A stretch of DNA of 64,000 nt from assembly GCA_948607205.1 (NCBI GenBank), contig CAPERS010000002.1, forward strand, positions 68,767 to 132,766. The letters are read 5' to 3'. The number at the start of each line of letters is the position of its first letter. Position 1 is the stretch's first letter. The notes below the pieces were generated by a model. That model made no database searches, was not told where the DNA came from, and worked only from the letters and a program-made list of their open reading frames with translations. Of the stretch, positions 7,577 through 18,388 are shown piece after piece. A program made the position numbers and the translations under genes. The stretch comes from an uncultured Eubacteriales bacterium (GTDB lineage Bacteria; Bacillota; Clostridia; Christensenellales; UBA1242).

Positions 7577-10500
7577 CTAAACAAGTTCAAACCCAGCAAG
7601 ACCAACTTCAAATACGTCGTTCTGCTGTGGCAAATTTTGTGCAAATTCAAACAATGTTACTTGCATTGGAAGGCCGTTATTCATCTCTTTTTCATATCTG
7701 AAACCTTCATTAAAATCAGTTTCACTACCGTAGGCTTTTTGAGAAATGGTGTTTGCAAGACTCAAAGAAAGATAGCTTGCCACAATTGTTGGCTGTGAGC
7801 CAAGTCCATAAATTGAGTTGAAAGTTGTAGGCAAAATGTTAACTCGTGCAACAGATGAGCAATATTCCACAAGCATTCTAGTGCCAACATTGTTTCTGCC
7901 AACAATTCCACCATAATGAACATTGCTTGTGCTAAGATTTACAATACTATAATCTGCACTTGAAATGATTGAAAGATTGTCAGTCACCTCCCCAACAATT
8001 CCTCCAATTGATTGACTTGCGATTGTTGATTCCAAATTTCCATAATTAATGCAATTTTCAATAGTTCCTTTGCTAGTTGCGCCAGCAATTCCGCCTATTT
8101 GGCTATTTTCTTGCACTCCAATATCTTTGATTGTTCCATAATTTATACAACCAATAATTTTATCATTCTTTTCTTCGCCAAAAAACACGCCACAAATTCC
8201 ACCCTTGGAAGTTCGACCGCTGATTTCTGCACGATTTACACAATTTTCAATAATATTGCCTTCATATGCGTTACCAACAATTCCGCCAGCGTTCCAAACA
8301 GAATAAACATTTCCAGTAACTAAACAATTTCTTACTGTCGTATTTTTCGCAAGACCAATAATTCCACCTGCACCATTGTTTGCGTTTATTGAAACATTGA
8401 GAAGAATTACATCTTGAATTATTGCATTTGAGGTTTTACTGAATAGACCAATATAATCATAAGTAGAATCATAATTGCCTACCACAACTTTATTTAATGT
8501 TTTTAAACTTGAAATTTTTTTATTGTTTCCTTCAAACTTGCCTTTAAAATATGTATTATTTTTTCCAATTGGCATCCAATATCTGCCTGCAAGGTCAATA
8601 TTGTTTGCAAGACGGATTGTTTTGCCTTCAAAATTTTCTCCTTCCCAGTTCATATATGCCACTTTTCCAAGTTCTTCTGCGGTTGAAATGAGATATGCTC
8701 CGCTGGCGTCGGTTGTAAGTTCGACATCTTTGCCGACTGCCGACCATGTCTCTAACCATACTGCATAAAGTGTGACATTTTCTGTGCCTGTTGTTAGGTT
8801 GGATACGCTTGCTCCGTCGCTAAATGTTATTTTTGATGCATCATATTCTGAAATCGGATTTTGTTTTGTTCTGCTCCAACCTAGGAATATATATCCGTTT
8901 CTTGTGAATGAGTTTGCTGTTAAATTTTTGTTATAACCATATGTATGTTTTTGTGCAGACATTGTTCCAGTTCCACCGTTTGCGTCAAACACTATGTTGT
9001 ATTCGTTTGCATCCCAGAGCGCAACGAGTGAGGCGTCACCAACACCGGTTGTGTAAGTTGTTGCTTGACTGCCATTTTCGCTGACATTTTTTCCTGTCGC
9101 ATCATAAGTTCCAACATAGGCAACCTGCCACTTGACAGGATTTTCAGAACTTCCGCTTGGACCTTCAATATAGAAAAAGCCAATAGTGTCAAAATTTCCG
9201 TCTGAGCCACACACCCACTTAAAAACATATGTCTTCCAAGTTCCTGTTCCAATGTTATTTGAAATCCAAGTGTCATGCGTATTATTGCCATGCGCATTAT
9301 ATGCAGGCATCAATTTATATCCTTCTGGAATTTTCGCATGGATAACTGAATAGAAAACTCCGTTTGCTTTTGACTGAAAACGGTTTGAAAAACCATAACC
9401 CCAACCGCAAGTGGCAAGGTTTGTTATTTCAAGAACACGTTTTGAATCTGGCAAATTTAAATCAGAAGGTTTCGAAATTAAATTAAACACAACATTTCCA
9501 TTACCCGAATTGTCATAAATTTCTATATTGTTATCTGACCAATCAAAGAAACCGTCTGTGGTTTTGTCATGTGTTTGACCAAAGGTTGAGAAAGTTCCAT
9601 TTCCATTTTTTGCAACCCAGCCTTTGAAGGTATAACCCGGACGTGTTGGAACGCCTAGTTGAATGTTTGTTCCTTTATCTTGCGTTATTGAGGTTGCCCC
9701 CGAATAAGTTCCACCATTTGCATTCACCGTCACTTTTGACTGAGAAACGAAATACAGATTTACAGTAACACTTTGTGCTGGCACATTAAATTTAATACTG
9801 TCTTGATTTGAATTGCTATTTTCTGATGTTGTGACAGAATAATGCGAATATCGAACACTGCTTGAATATCTAATATTCCACACATCGATAGTTTCACCAT
9901 ATCCCACTTGCTGATAAAAATCAGCTACGTTACTTTTATCAGTCGAAGAGCCAATATTGACATTAAATTGTAGTCCTGAAAGAGAATTATCAGATTGATT
10001 GACTCCGTCAACATAATGATTTACATCAACATAATAGTTGTTTCTTGTCCAACGTGCTGTGATGGTTTCATTGCTTGCTGAGGTTTTATATGTTGAACTA
10101 TAAATTCTAGTTCCACTTGAATTATACCAGCCAGCAAATGTGTAACCTTCTCTTGTTGGTGTTGGGCAATCGTAGTAATTTCCATAAGTCGTGCTATATG
10201 TTGACGAACTACTGCTCCCAATTTTTCCGCCATTGGCATCATATGTCACATTAAATTTTCTTGGCGCAAGAATAATGACATTATAATAGTTTTTTGTTTC
10301 GTTTCCACTAAACTTCAATGTGTGGGTCATGTTCTTTGCAGCCGATTGTGATGAATCTGTTTTCCAAAAACTTGAAACTTGACTTGCAGTAACATTCCCA
10401 ATATCAGTTGACGTTAAAGGATTAATTAAACAATATGAAAGATATGCTTCAAAACCAGCATTTTTACTTGAAATTGAATAATTTACATCATAGTAAGAAT

Positions 10501-10909
10501 GTTTATCGCCACCAATAAAAGTCAATTTCATGTAAACATTACCTTTTATCCAATTTGTTCCATTCCCAGATGCTGACGTTCCCGTGCAACCACCAGCACC
10601 AGTGAAATTGGTAAATGTTATGCTCGTGTTTGCAAGGCTTGTTGAGGTATAGCCATCTTCGCTTACATATTTGCCAATGTTATAATCAACATTTTTAAGT
10701 TGAAAGGTGTCCGTAGATTTTACTACTGGACTTTTCAAACAAACCAATGCAAGACTATAATTATACGTCACATTAGAATAAGCGTCTGCTGTTTGGTCTT
10801 TGTTTGAATTATTTTTTATTGAATCAGAAAAAGTAAAAAACATGCCTGCTGAAAAGCATACCGCAAAGACAAAAGAAACTGTTAACAAAATCTTATGAAT
10901 TCTTTTCAT
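7577..10909 (-). CDS. Large membrane-anchored surface protein with Listeria-Bacteroides (Flg_new-type) repeats and a GLUG-like repeat array
   Basis: 1110 aa. N-terminal signal/anchor helix. Three DANGG...GYTF(A/K)GW or GYIFLGW repeats. C-terminal third has repeated GGI(I/V/A/C)G ... NC(I/V)N units. Paralogue of 54887-58300. Confidence 0.8.
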   Translation of the reverse strand: MKRIHKILLTVSFVFAVCFSAGMFFTFSDSIKNNSNKDQTADAYSNVTYNYSLALVCLKSPVVKSTDTFQLKNVDYNIGKYVSEDGYTSTSLANTSITFTNFTGAGGCTGTSASGNGTNWIKGNVYMKLTFIGGDKHSYYDVNYSISSKNAGFEAYLSYCLINPLTSTDIGNVTASQVSSFWKTDSSQSAAKNMTHTLKFSGNETKNYYNVIILAPRKFNVTYDANGGKIGSSSSSTYSTTYGNYYDCPTPTREGYTFAGWYNSSGTRIYSSTYKTSASNETITARWTRNNYYVDVNHYVDGVNQSDNSLSGLQFNVNIGSSTDKSNVADFYQQVGYGETIDVWNIRYSSSVRYSHYSVTTSENSNSNQDSIKFNVPAQSVTVNLYFVSQSKVTVNANGGTYSGATSITQDKGTNIQLGVPTRPGYTFKGWVAKNGNGTFSTFGQTHDKTTDGFFDWSDNNIEIYDNSGNGNVVFNLISKPSDLNLPDSKRVLEITNLATCGWGYGFSNRFQSKANGVFYSVIHAKIPEGYKLMPAYNAHGNNTHDTWISNNIGTGTWKTYVFKWVCGSDGNFDTIGFFYIEGPSGSSENPVKWQVAYVGTYDATGKNVSENGSQATTYTTGVGDASLVALWDANEYNIVFDANGGTGTMSAQKHTYGYNKNLTANSFTRNGYIFLGWSRTKQNPISEYDASKITFSDGASVSNLTTGTENVTLYAVWLETWSAVGKDVELTTDASGAYLISTAEELGKVAYMNWEGENFEGKTIRLANNIDLAGRYWMPIGKNNTYFKGKFEGNNKKISSLKTLNKVVVGNYDSTYDYIGLFSKTSNAIIQDVILLNVSINANNGAGGIIGLAKNTTVRNCLVTGNVYSVWNAGGIVGNAYEGNIIENCVNRAEISGRTSKGGICGVFFGEEKNDKIIGCINYGTIKDIGVQENSQIGGIAGATSKGTIENCINYGNLESTIASQSIGGIVGEVTDNLSIISSADYSIVNLSTSNVHYGGIVGRNNVGTRMLVEYCSSVARVNILPTTFNSIYGLGSQPTIVASYLSLSLANTISQKAYGSETDFNEGFRYEKEMNNGLPMQVTLFEFAQNLPQQNDVFEVGLAGFELV

Positions 10910-10941
10910 ACTTTATCCTTTTTATATATTTTATTTAAATA

Positions 10942-10973
10942 ATTATACCTCAAAATCCCCCCCCCCATGTCAA
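10942..10973 (-). promoter_or_regulatory. Sigma-A-type promoter with a G10 tract in the spacer (TTGACA-N20-TATAAT)
   Basis: Minus strand reads TTGACA T G10 ATTTTGAGG TATAAT. -35 at 10968-10973, -10 at 10942-10947, homopolymer at 10957-10966. The -10 box lies 32 nt upstream of the ATG. Confidence 0.6.
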
Positions 10974-11164
10974 CAAAATCCGACAGAAAACTCACGCCAT
11001 TTTTGCGTTTCCATTTGGAAAGCGTGGCTATGCTGAGAGTTATTTTTAAATATATATTATTATACTCAAAAATTGAGTAAATACAAAATAAAAAATAAGG
11101 AAAACACATATTTTTCCTGTGTTTTCCTTAAATTAAAGAGATAAAATTCAAATTATATTTTTAT

Positions 11165-13076
<1,912 letters not shown>

Positions 13077-13100
13077 AATTTCCTCCATTTATTGTGATTT

Positions 13101-13129
13101 TATTATACGACTTTTCAATCCAAATGTAA
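13101..13129 (-). promoter_or_regulatory. Putative groESL promoter (TTTACA-N17-TATAAT)
   Basis: -35 at 13124-13129 and -10 at 13101-13106 on the minus strand. This leaves only about 20 nt of leader, and no CIRCE inverted repeat is visible. Confidence 0.5.
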
Positions 13130-13221
13130 AGCAAACTGCATCTTCTTTCACTCATAGTTTGGGTTATTTTGTCATACACATAAATTGTAATACCATAAAA
13201 AAAGTGAGGTTTCAATTCTTT

Positions 13222-13980
13222 ATGCCAAAAAAATTGTCTTCAAACAAAAAAATTTTGATTTGCCTTGCAAGTATCTTTGTTCTGACAACTGCTCTTCTAC
13301 TTGCGAATCTTATTTCAATGATAACTTTTCCCGTTTCACAGTCTAGCCAAGAGGTTCATGTAAACTCTTTTGAACTGCACTTTCTTTCAGTCAACAAATC
13401 GCAAAATGAACTTTCTGCCAAAGCACTTGCAAATGACTATCAATCAATTGGCGCAGGCGGATTTATTTGGAAAAATGGAGATTATTTTTATGTTGCCTCT
13501 TCGGCATATCAAAACAAAAACGATGCACTTCTTGTTCAGACCAATTTGAAAAACAGCCAAATTGAAAGCGAAATCTTCTCACTCACCTTTAAAGACTTTT
13601 CAGTTAATGGAACATTTGACAGTGAAGAGAAAAAGGTTTTGCAAAAGGCACTGACAATTTCTTATATATCCTATCAAAATCTTTATGACATTGCAATAAG
13701 TCTTGACACTGGCGTGTATAACGAAACATCTGCAAAACTGGCTGTCAACGCTGTTCATTCGGCGATAAGCATGACGCTTAGCGATTTTCAAACGCTGTTT
13801 TCAAATGAGGAAAATGAAATTTTTAAAAATATTGACACAACTTTAAAAAACATCAAAAAAATTTCCACTGCTCTTTGCTCGGGAACAAAAATAAGCGAAA
13901 AGCAAACATATTCATCTCTTATTAAATATCGCTACCTTGAAATTTTGAATGAATACAGCCTTCTTATAAGCAAAGAATAA
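13222..13980 (+). CDS. Membrane-anchored protein, possible SPOR-like domain
   Basis: Start moved to ATG 13222 (GTGAGG RBS); the 12982 start would overlap groES. N-terminal TM helix. The segment ALANDYQSIGAGGFIWKNGDYFYVASSAYQNKNDALLVQTNL resembles a SPOR repeat. Confidence 0.5.
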   Translation: MPKKLSSNKKILICLASIFVLTTALLLANLISMITFPVSQSSQEVHVNSFELHFLSVNKSQNELSAKALANDYQSIGAGGFIWKNGDYFYVASSAYQNKNDALLVQTNLKNSQIESEIFSLTFKDFSVNGTFDSEEKKVLQKALTISYISYQNLYDIAISLDTGVYNETSAKLAVNAVHSAISMTLSDFQTLFSNEENEIFKNIDTTLKNIKKISTALCSGTKISEKQTYSSLIKYRYLEILNEYSLLISKE

Positions 13981-14039
13981 ACTTTCTAAAAACAAAAAAG
14001 AACTTGAATTGAAAGTTCTTTTTTTGATTATTCATTATA

Positions 14040-14702
14040 TTAAATAGCGTTTGAAATTTCATCGCTTTCTTCAAGTTTATTTTCGATAACATTGACAGTT
14101 TTGCAAGATATTTCATAAGCGGTTTTTGTTTCTGTTTCGTTGGCTTTTTTATATTCTCTTGATTGAATTCTGCCTTCAAACTCAACTTTTGTTCCGACTG
14201 GTTTATCGGCAACAAATTTTGCATTTCTTCCCCAAACGATGCAAGGAATATAGTCTGACTTATTGGAATTTGTTCTGTTGACAGCAATGACCACATCACA
14301 AATCTCTCTGCCAAATGGAGTTTGTCTGAAAATAGGCTGTTTGCAGATAAAGCCTGTGAGTTTCACAGTGTTAACATTTTCATTGTTAAACGCTTGGATT
14401 TCATCCATAGTCATATAATTTTTTGCAAAAAAGTATAAAACAAGTTTGTTCTTGACTGCGTCTTGCTTGTTATAACTTCTAAACTCACCTTTAAAATTGA
14501 CACTGTCGCCAACATTTATTTGATTTTTGAGTGTTCTTTCTGAAATTGTCACAGGAATAAAGTCTGGCGTTTTGCTGAGTCTGTCAACTTCAACCTTAAA
14601 TTCATAAAACCATTCACCTTCAACTTGGTGTGTTTTTTGTGGTGCTGTTGACACCTTGCCTGCAATGTATGCATCGTTGTTTGAAACTTTTGTATTGTTC
14701 AT
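14040..14702 (-). CDS. Tandem OB-fold, SSB-like nucleic-acid-binding protein
   Basis: Start at ATG 14702 after AAAGGAG. Two similar halves (..VEGEWFYEFKVEV..IPVTISER.. and ..FGREICDVVIAVNR..IPCIVWGRNA..GTKVEFEGRIQSREY) resemble SSB OB folds. Confidence 0.5.
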   Translation of the reverse strand: MNNTKVSNNDAYIAGKVSTAPQKTHQVEGEWFYEFKVEVDRLSKTPDFIPVTISERTLKNQINVGDSVNFKGEFRSYNKQDAVKNKLVLYFFAKNYMTMDEIQAFNNENVNTVKLTGFICKQPIFRQTPFGREICDVVIAVNRTNSNKSDYIPCIVWGRNAKFVADKPVGTKVEFEGRIQSREYKKANETETKTAYEISCKTVNVIENKLEESDEISNAI

Positions 14703-14712
14703 AATTTCTCCT

Positions 14713-15477
14713 TTAATTTTGTATTTGCGTGCCATTATTGTTTATTGTGAAGTTATCCTTATAAATCAAATCTCCTATCGAAGTCACTTTATAGCCTTTC
14801 ATTGTCAAACTCTGCAAAATAAGCCTTGTTGCTTCAACAACATGGTCTGCGTTGTTGTGACAAAGGATGATTGAACCATTTTTTGCCCTGCTAACCACTC
14901 TGTTTGTCACTTCGCCAGCCGATAAACCTTTCCAGTCAAGAGAGTCCACATCCCACTGAATTGCTTTAAGGTTAAGGCTGTCACAAGTGCTTAAAAGAGC
15001 GTTGTTATATGAGCCAAATGGCGCTCTGAAAAGTTCAACTTTCTTGTTTGTGATTTTTTCAATCTTTTCAATTGAAGTTGTCAGTTCACTTTTCATGGTG
15101 TCAGACGAAAGTTTTGCCATATCTGGATGAGTGTTTGAATGTGTTCCTATTTCAAGTCCAGCATCGTCAATCGCTTTGACTTTTTCAGGAAATTTATCAA
15201 TCCAAAATCCCACCAAAAAGAAAGTTGCACCTGCGTTAAACTCTTTCAAAACTGAAATGATTTCTTCGGTCTTGTCAGCGCCCCACGCAGCATCGAATGA
15301 AATTGCAACTTGCTTGTTTTCAGTCTGAACGTTATAAATTGGAACCCGCCTTGTCGTGTTTCCAAAAAACACACCTGCACACGCTCCGCCTTGGAAGGAA
15401 ATTCCAAGCAAAACTGCAACCACCACCATCGCTATAAAAATTTTGATTGTTCTTGATTTGACCACACAAAAATGCAT
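14713..15477 (-). CDS. Polysaccharide deacetylase family protein (NodB domain)
   Basis: 254 aa, N-terminal TM helix. Motifs FDAAWG, ATFFLVG and GTHSNTHPDM. Confidence 0.85.
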   Translation of the reverse strand: MHFCVVKSRTIKIFIAMVVVAVLLGISFQGGACAGVFFGNTTRRVPIYNVQTENKQVAISFDAAWGADKTEEIISVLKEFNAGATFFLVGFWIDKFPEKVKAIDDAGLEIGTHSNTHPDMAKLSSDTMKSELTTSIEKIEKITNKKVELFRAPFGSYNNALLSTCDSLNLKAIQWDVDSLDWKGLSAGEVTNRVVSRAKNGSIILCHNNADHVVEATRLILQSLTMKGYKVTSIGDLIYKDNFTINNNGTQIQN

Positions 15478-15765
15478 ATCGCAAACCTCGCTTTTAATAA
15501 TAAGATAATAAAGGAATTAACCAAAGGAATATCTTCTATAAAAATGTAATAAAATGACAACCTTTGTCGAAACCTTTTACGAGATAATTATATTTTCTCT
15601 TTCGATAATTTATGACAGACTTAACTTTATTATTAAACAAAAAAACAAAGCAAATTTATTGCCTTGTTTTCTTTAAAATCCTATAAATATTTGGAAATTT
15701 TGTAAAGTTTAATTGATATTTAATAGAAATTTTTGGGGAACTTTAGTTGTGATTTTATTGAAAAT

Positions 15766-18273
15766 TTAAACCAAATATTGACTTATCGAAATAAATTGTT
15801 TTTTGATAATTTCATTTCCAGTTGCAAGTCTGTCAGAAAGTGGAAGTTTCTTTGTTTCAAGTGGAAGAATTTTTAAGCCAAAGTCGACAGCAAGCACAAT
15901 GTTTCCATCACCTGAGCATGCGAAAACAACATCTTTTCCGCCGTTTGCAAAATTGATATATTTCACGCCTTTGCGATAGCGTTGAGCAAGTGGGAAATCT
16001 TTGGCACTTATTCTTTTCACATAACCGTTGTTTGTGAGAAGAACAATTTGGCTGAAATCATTTTGACCAGCAAAAATAACTTTATCTCCGTCATCCATAT
16101 TTATTCCACGCACACCGCCAGAAATTCTGCCTTGAACTGGAATATCCGACTTGTCAAAATTGAGGCTCATTCCATTTTTTGTGAGCATCAAAATGCTTCC
16201 GGCTCTTTCAATTTCAGCGCCGATAACCTCGTCACCGTCGCCGAGTTTGCAAACTTGATAATATGACTTTGTTGTTATCATATCTTCGATTTTTGAGCGT
16301 TTAACAAGTCCATCACGAGTGTAAACAAGCACATTTGTGTTGGCAGTTGGTAAGAAGAATGAAACAATCTTTTCGTTTGACGACGCAGTTTTATCAACAC
16401 TTAAAAGGCTGTTGCCTTTATCGCGCCATTTGCATTCTGGAAGGTTTGCCACAGTGGTTTTAACGCAATTGCCTTTGCTTGTTATGATAAGAATAGTATC
16501 CTTGCTTGTCACATTCATAATCTTTGTGTGAACATCTGTTATTGTTGAATTTTCACCAAGCACTTTTTGCGAAGATGCATAGTTTCTTGGGCTAACTTTC
16601 TTTATCGTTCCACCAGCAGTGAGAGCAACAACAAAATTCTTCCTTTCGTCATCTGCAACTTCCTCTTTCATTTCAGCCAATTTGATATCAGCAGTTTTTG
16701 CAATTTGGCTTCTGCGAGGATTTGAGTATGCTTTTTTGATTTCGGTTATTTCTTTCTTAACAATGTCAAGTTGAGCGCGCTTTGACGCCAAGATTCGCTC
16801 ATATTCAGCGATTCTTTCTTTGAGAGAGGCAAGTTCCTCCTCAAGTTTGGTCACTTCGAGGTTGACAAGCCTTGCAAGACGCATATCAAGAATGGCTTGC
16901 GCTTGACGCTCAGAAAGGTCAAATCTTGCACGCAATTTTTGTTTAGCCTCACTTGTTGTTGCTGATTTTTTGATGATTTTGATAACTTCATCAATGTTCT
17001 TTATTGCAACAAGAAGTCCTTCAACTATATGAGCGCGTTCTCTTGCAGCGTTAAGTTCAAACTTGGTTCTTCTGACGATAATTTCACGCTGATATGCGGT
17101 ATAGTAGGAAATAATCTCCATAAGCCCAAGTTGCTTTGGTTTTCCGCCTGCGATTGCAACCATATTTATTGCGTATGATACTTGCAAGTTGGTTGCTTTA
17201 AAGAGGTATTCTAGAATTTTCTTTGGATTTGCGTCTTTTTTAAGCCTTATCACCGCACGCATACCATTTCTGTCTGACTCATCACGGATTTCAGCGATTG
17301 CTGAGAGTTTGTCTTTGTTGGTTTCTTTAAGTTCGGCAATTTTTTGAAGCAGGTTTGCCTTGTTCACTTGATAAGGTATCTCTGTGATAATCAGGCTGAC
17401 CTTATCGCCAACAGTTTCAGTTCTGACTTTAGAGCGAATGATAATTTTTCCTTTGCCTGTTTCATAGGCTTGTCTGAGCCCTTCATCAAAGATAAGTTCA
17501 CCGCCTGTTGGAAAGTCTGGCGCTTTGATAATTTTCATCATTTCGTCAAGTTTTATATGCGGATTATCAATATATGCTACAACACCGTCAATAACTTCGC
17601 CGAGGTTGTGTGGTGGAATGTTTGTTGCAACGCCCACTGCAATACCAGACGCGCCGTTTACGAGAAGGTTTGGAAAGCGACCTGGAAGCATGTCCGGCTC
17701 TTTCAAAGTATCATCAAAGTTAAGGCTCCACCTCACAGTGTCTTTTTCAAGGTCGCGAGTGAGTTCAAGCGCAAGAGGTGCAAGGCGCGCTTCGGTGTAA
17801 CGCATAGCCGCTGGGCTATCGCCGTCAACCGAACCAAAGTTTCCATGACCGTCAACAAGAGGCGCTCGGAGTGAAAAATCTTGCGCCATTCTTGTCATCG
17901 CATCATAAACTGAACTGTCGCCGTGAGGATGATATTTACCAAGGCAGTCCCCAACAATTCTGGCTGACTTTCTGTATGGCTTGTCTGGCGTTACGCCAAG
18001 TTCAATCATTGAATAAAGTATACGCCTCTGAACAGGTTTAAGACCGTCCTCAACCCTTGGGAGCGCTCTGTCAAGCACCACGCATTCGGTGTAAGGAATC
18101 ATTGAGTCATGCAAAACCTCATCAAGAGATCTGAAAATAATTCCCTTGCTTTTGCCGTTGTCGCCACCATTATCATCATCTTTTGACTTTGGAATTTCAA
18201 GTTCTTTGACCTCTTCCGCTTTGCCCAAAAGATTTTCATAACTTATCTGTCCTTCTCTCTCTTCTTCTTGCAC
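15766..18273 (-). CDS. parC: Type IIA topoisomerase subunit A (ParC-like)
   Basis: 835 aa with a GTG start behind [19 protein letters not shown] (the Q is ParC-like), [10 protein letters not shown] with the catalytic Tyr. No GyrA-box (QRRGGKG) seen. About 45-aa acidic N-terminal extension. Confidence 0.7.
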   Translation of the reverse strand: MQEEEREGQISYENLLGKAEEVKELEIPKSKDDDNGGDNGKSKGIIFRSLDEVLHDSMIPYTECVVLDRALPRVEDGLKPVQRRILYSMIELGVTPDKPYRKSARIVGDCLGKYHPHGDSSVYDAMTRMAQDFSLRAPLVDGHGNFGSVDGDSPAAMRYTEARLAPLALELTRDLEKDTVRWSLNFDDTLKEPDMLPGRFPNLLVNGASGIAVGVATNIPPHNLGEVIDGVVAYIDNPHIKLDEMMKIIKAPDFPTGGELIFDEGLRQAYETGKGKIIIRSKVRTETVGDKVSLIITEIPYQVNKANLLQKIAELKETNKDKLSAIAEIRDESDRNGMRAVIRLKKDANPKKILEYLFKATNLQVSYAINMVAIAGGKPKQLGLMEIISYYTAYQREIIVRRTKFELNAARERAHIVEGLLVAIKNIDEVIKIIKKSATTSEAKQKLRARFDLSERQAQAILDMRLARLVNLEVTKLEEELASLKERIAEYERILASKRAQLDIVKKEITEIKKAYSNPRRSQIAKTADIKLAEMKEEVADDERKNFVVALTAGGTIKKVSPRNYASSQKVLGENSTITDVHTKIMNVTSKDTILIITSKGNCVKTTVANLPECKWRDKGNSLLSVDKTASSNEKIVSFFLPTANTNVLVYTRDGLVKRSKIEDMITTKSYYQVCKLGDGDEVIGAEIERAGSILMLTKNGMSLNFDKSDIPVQGRISGGVRGINMDDGDKVIFAGQNDFSQIVLLTNNGYVKRISAKDFPLAQRYRKGVKYINFANGGKDVVFACSGDGNIVLAVDFGLKILPLETKKLPLSDRLATGNEIIKKQFISISQYLV

Positions 18274-18388
18274 TTTCTACCTCTCTATTTTCTATAGGTT
18301 TTATTTTATATTTTTTTTAATAAACAAATTTTTTAGTAACACACATAGTGTGACACGCTGTGTGAGATTAAGTATTGCACAATGTGTG

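Noticed and set aside
7577-10909. Diversity-generating retroelement or invertase shufflon acting on the surface-protein paralogues.
   Set aside because: There is no reverse transcriptase, template repeat or recombinase/invertase gene, and no flanking inverted repeats in the window. Homopolymer slippage and gene conversion explain what is visible.
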